Source: Vicugna vicugna (lineage: Eukaryota). From it: 64,000 bases of DNA. The notes beneath the pieces were generated by a model. It saw nothing but the letters and a program-made list of their open reading frames with translations. It ran no database searches and was not told where the DNA came from. The stretch lies in NCBI GenBank assembly GCA_013265495.1, contig MU059546.1, positions 496,001 to 560,000 on the forward strand, read 5' to 3'. The position numbers and the translations under genes are program-made. Of this stretch, positions 63,170 through 64,000 are shown piece after piece (the stretch's first letter is position 1; the number at the start of each line of letters is the position of its first letter).

Positions 63170-63345
63170 ACCAGTTGCTGCCTCAGGGCCTTTGCACATG
63201 CTGTCACTGTGGACTCAGACGTTTGCATAGCTGGGTCCCTTCCTTCGATCCATTTGTAGCTTGAAGGTTACCTCCTTGGAGAGGACTTCCCTGACCACCT
63301 GGCTGTGAAGGCCCTCCTCATCCCACTCCCGGTCCCGCCCCACCC
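63170..63345 (+). mobile_element. LINE-2 fragment
   Basis: cctcagggcctttgcacatgctgt...ttggagaggacttccctgaccacc. Confidence 0.55.
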
Positions 63346-64000
63346 TGCTTTGTCTCCGTCTAACCTTCCTCCATCTTCTACGAGCTGATCTATCTCCTTG
63401 CTTGGTCCATCCCTACTTACAGGCCTACAGGTTGTGCGTTCAGCTCAGGCTGTCCCTGGATAAAGATGCTCGTGGTCCCGGAGCAGCACACACTGCTGCT
63501 CACAGATTCAACACTTCCTGTTCCCCAAGGCAGCATCTCACAGCCCCCAGGGAGACCCAGGATGGTGTGTAGGCAGCACAGGGCGGCTCCTTGGAGGGGC
63601 GGTGGGAAACTGAGGATCCGGCTGCCCAGGCGGCTGGGCTTTCTGTCCCAGACCCCTGGTCACCTTTACTCACGCCGACCCCACCCCTCTCCCTTTCTCT
63701 CCTCCACAGCCCCCAGGGGACTGGGACCCCAGTGGCCCTTGCAAACCCAAGTCTTCTTCCCAGCTCTGCCCCCAACTCCCTGATGATCATGGACAGTTTT
63801 CACCCAGTGCCTCAGTTTCCCCATCTATGTCTAAATCATTTTCATAAGGCTCACCAGACCCGGGCCCCTTGGTTCCAGCTTCCTGCCTAGAAACCTCCAC
63901 ACACCAGATCAGTGCAGAGCTGCCCAGAGTGCAAGGCAGACAAAGGCGGGAGGCTGGCCTGCTAACCCGATCCGCCAGGCCCACCCCCTCCCTCAGGCCT

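Overview
GC-rich mammalian genomic DNA, not prokaryotic. The gene order matches human 19p13.3: SBNO2 (+, last 18 coding exons), GPX4 (-, complete selenoprotein with Sec UGA, SECIS and a nuclear exon 1b), POLR2E (+, complete, one U12 intron), ARHGAP45/HMHA1 (-, 23 exons plus two alternative first coding exons), ABCA7 (-, 46 coding exons) and CNN2 (-, exons 2-7). I traced the exons by hand from GT-AG boundaries and phase arithmetic, using human protein sequences recalled from memory; any boundary could be off by a few bases. Three tRNA-Ala-like SINE copies suggest a camelid (inference). Most ORF-track entries are chance GC-rich or antisense frames, and some open with GTG. The strongest anomaly is in ABCA7: 44 of 46 coding exons are intact, but one intron has AT where the orthologous GT donor is expected, and the next exon carries an in-frame TAG. 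That means loss of function, compensated re-splicing, or an assembly error. Other notable items are a GUGA-core GPX4 SECIS, an Arg four residues after Sec, an HA-1H-type VLHDDLLEA peptide, a probable single-copy precursor of the human ABCA7 VNTR, and nested retroelements. I found no convincing evidence for a wholly new biological system.
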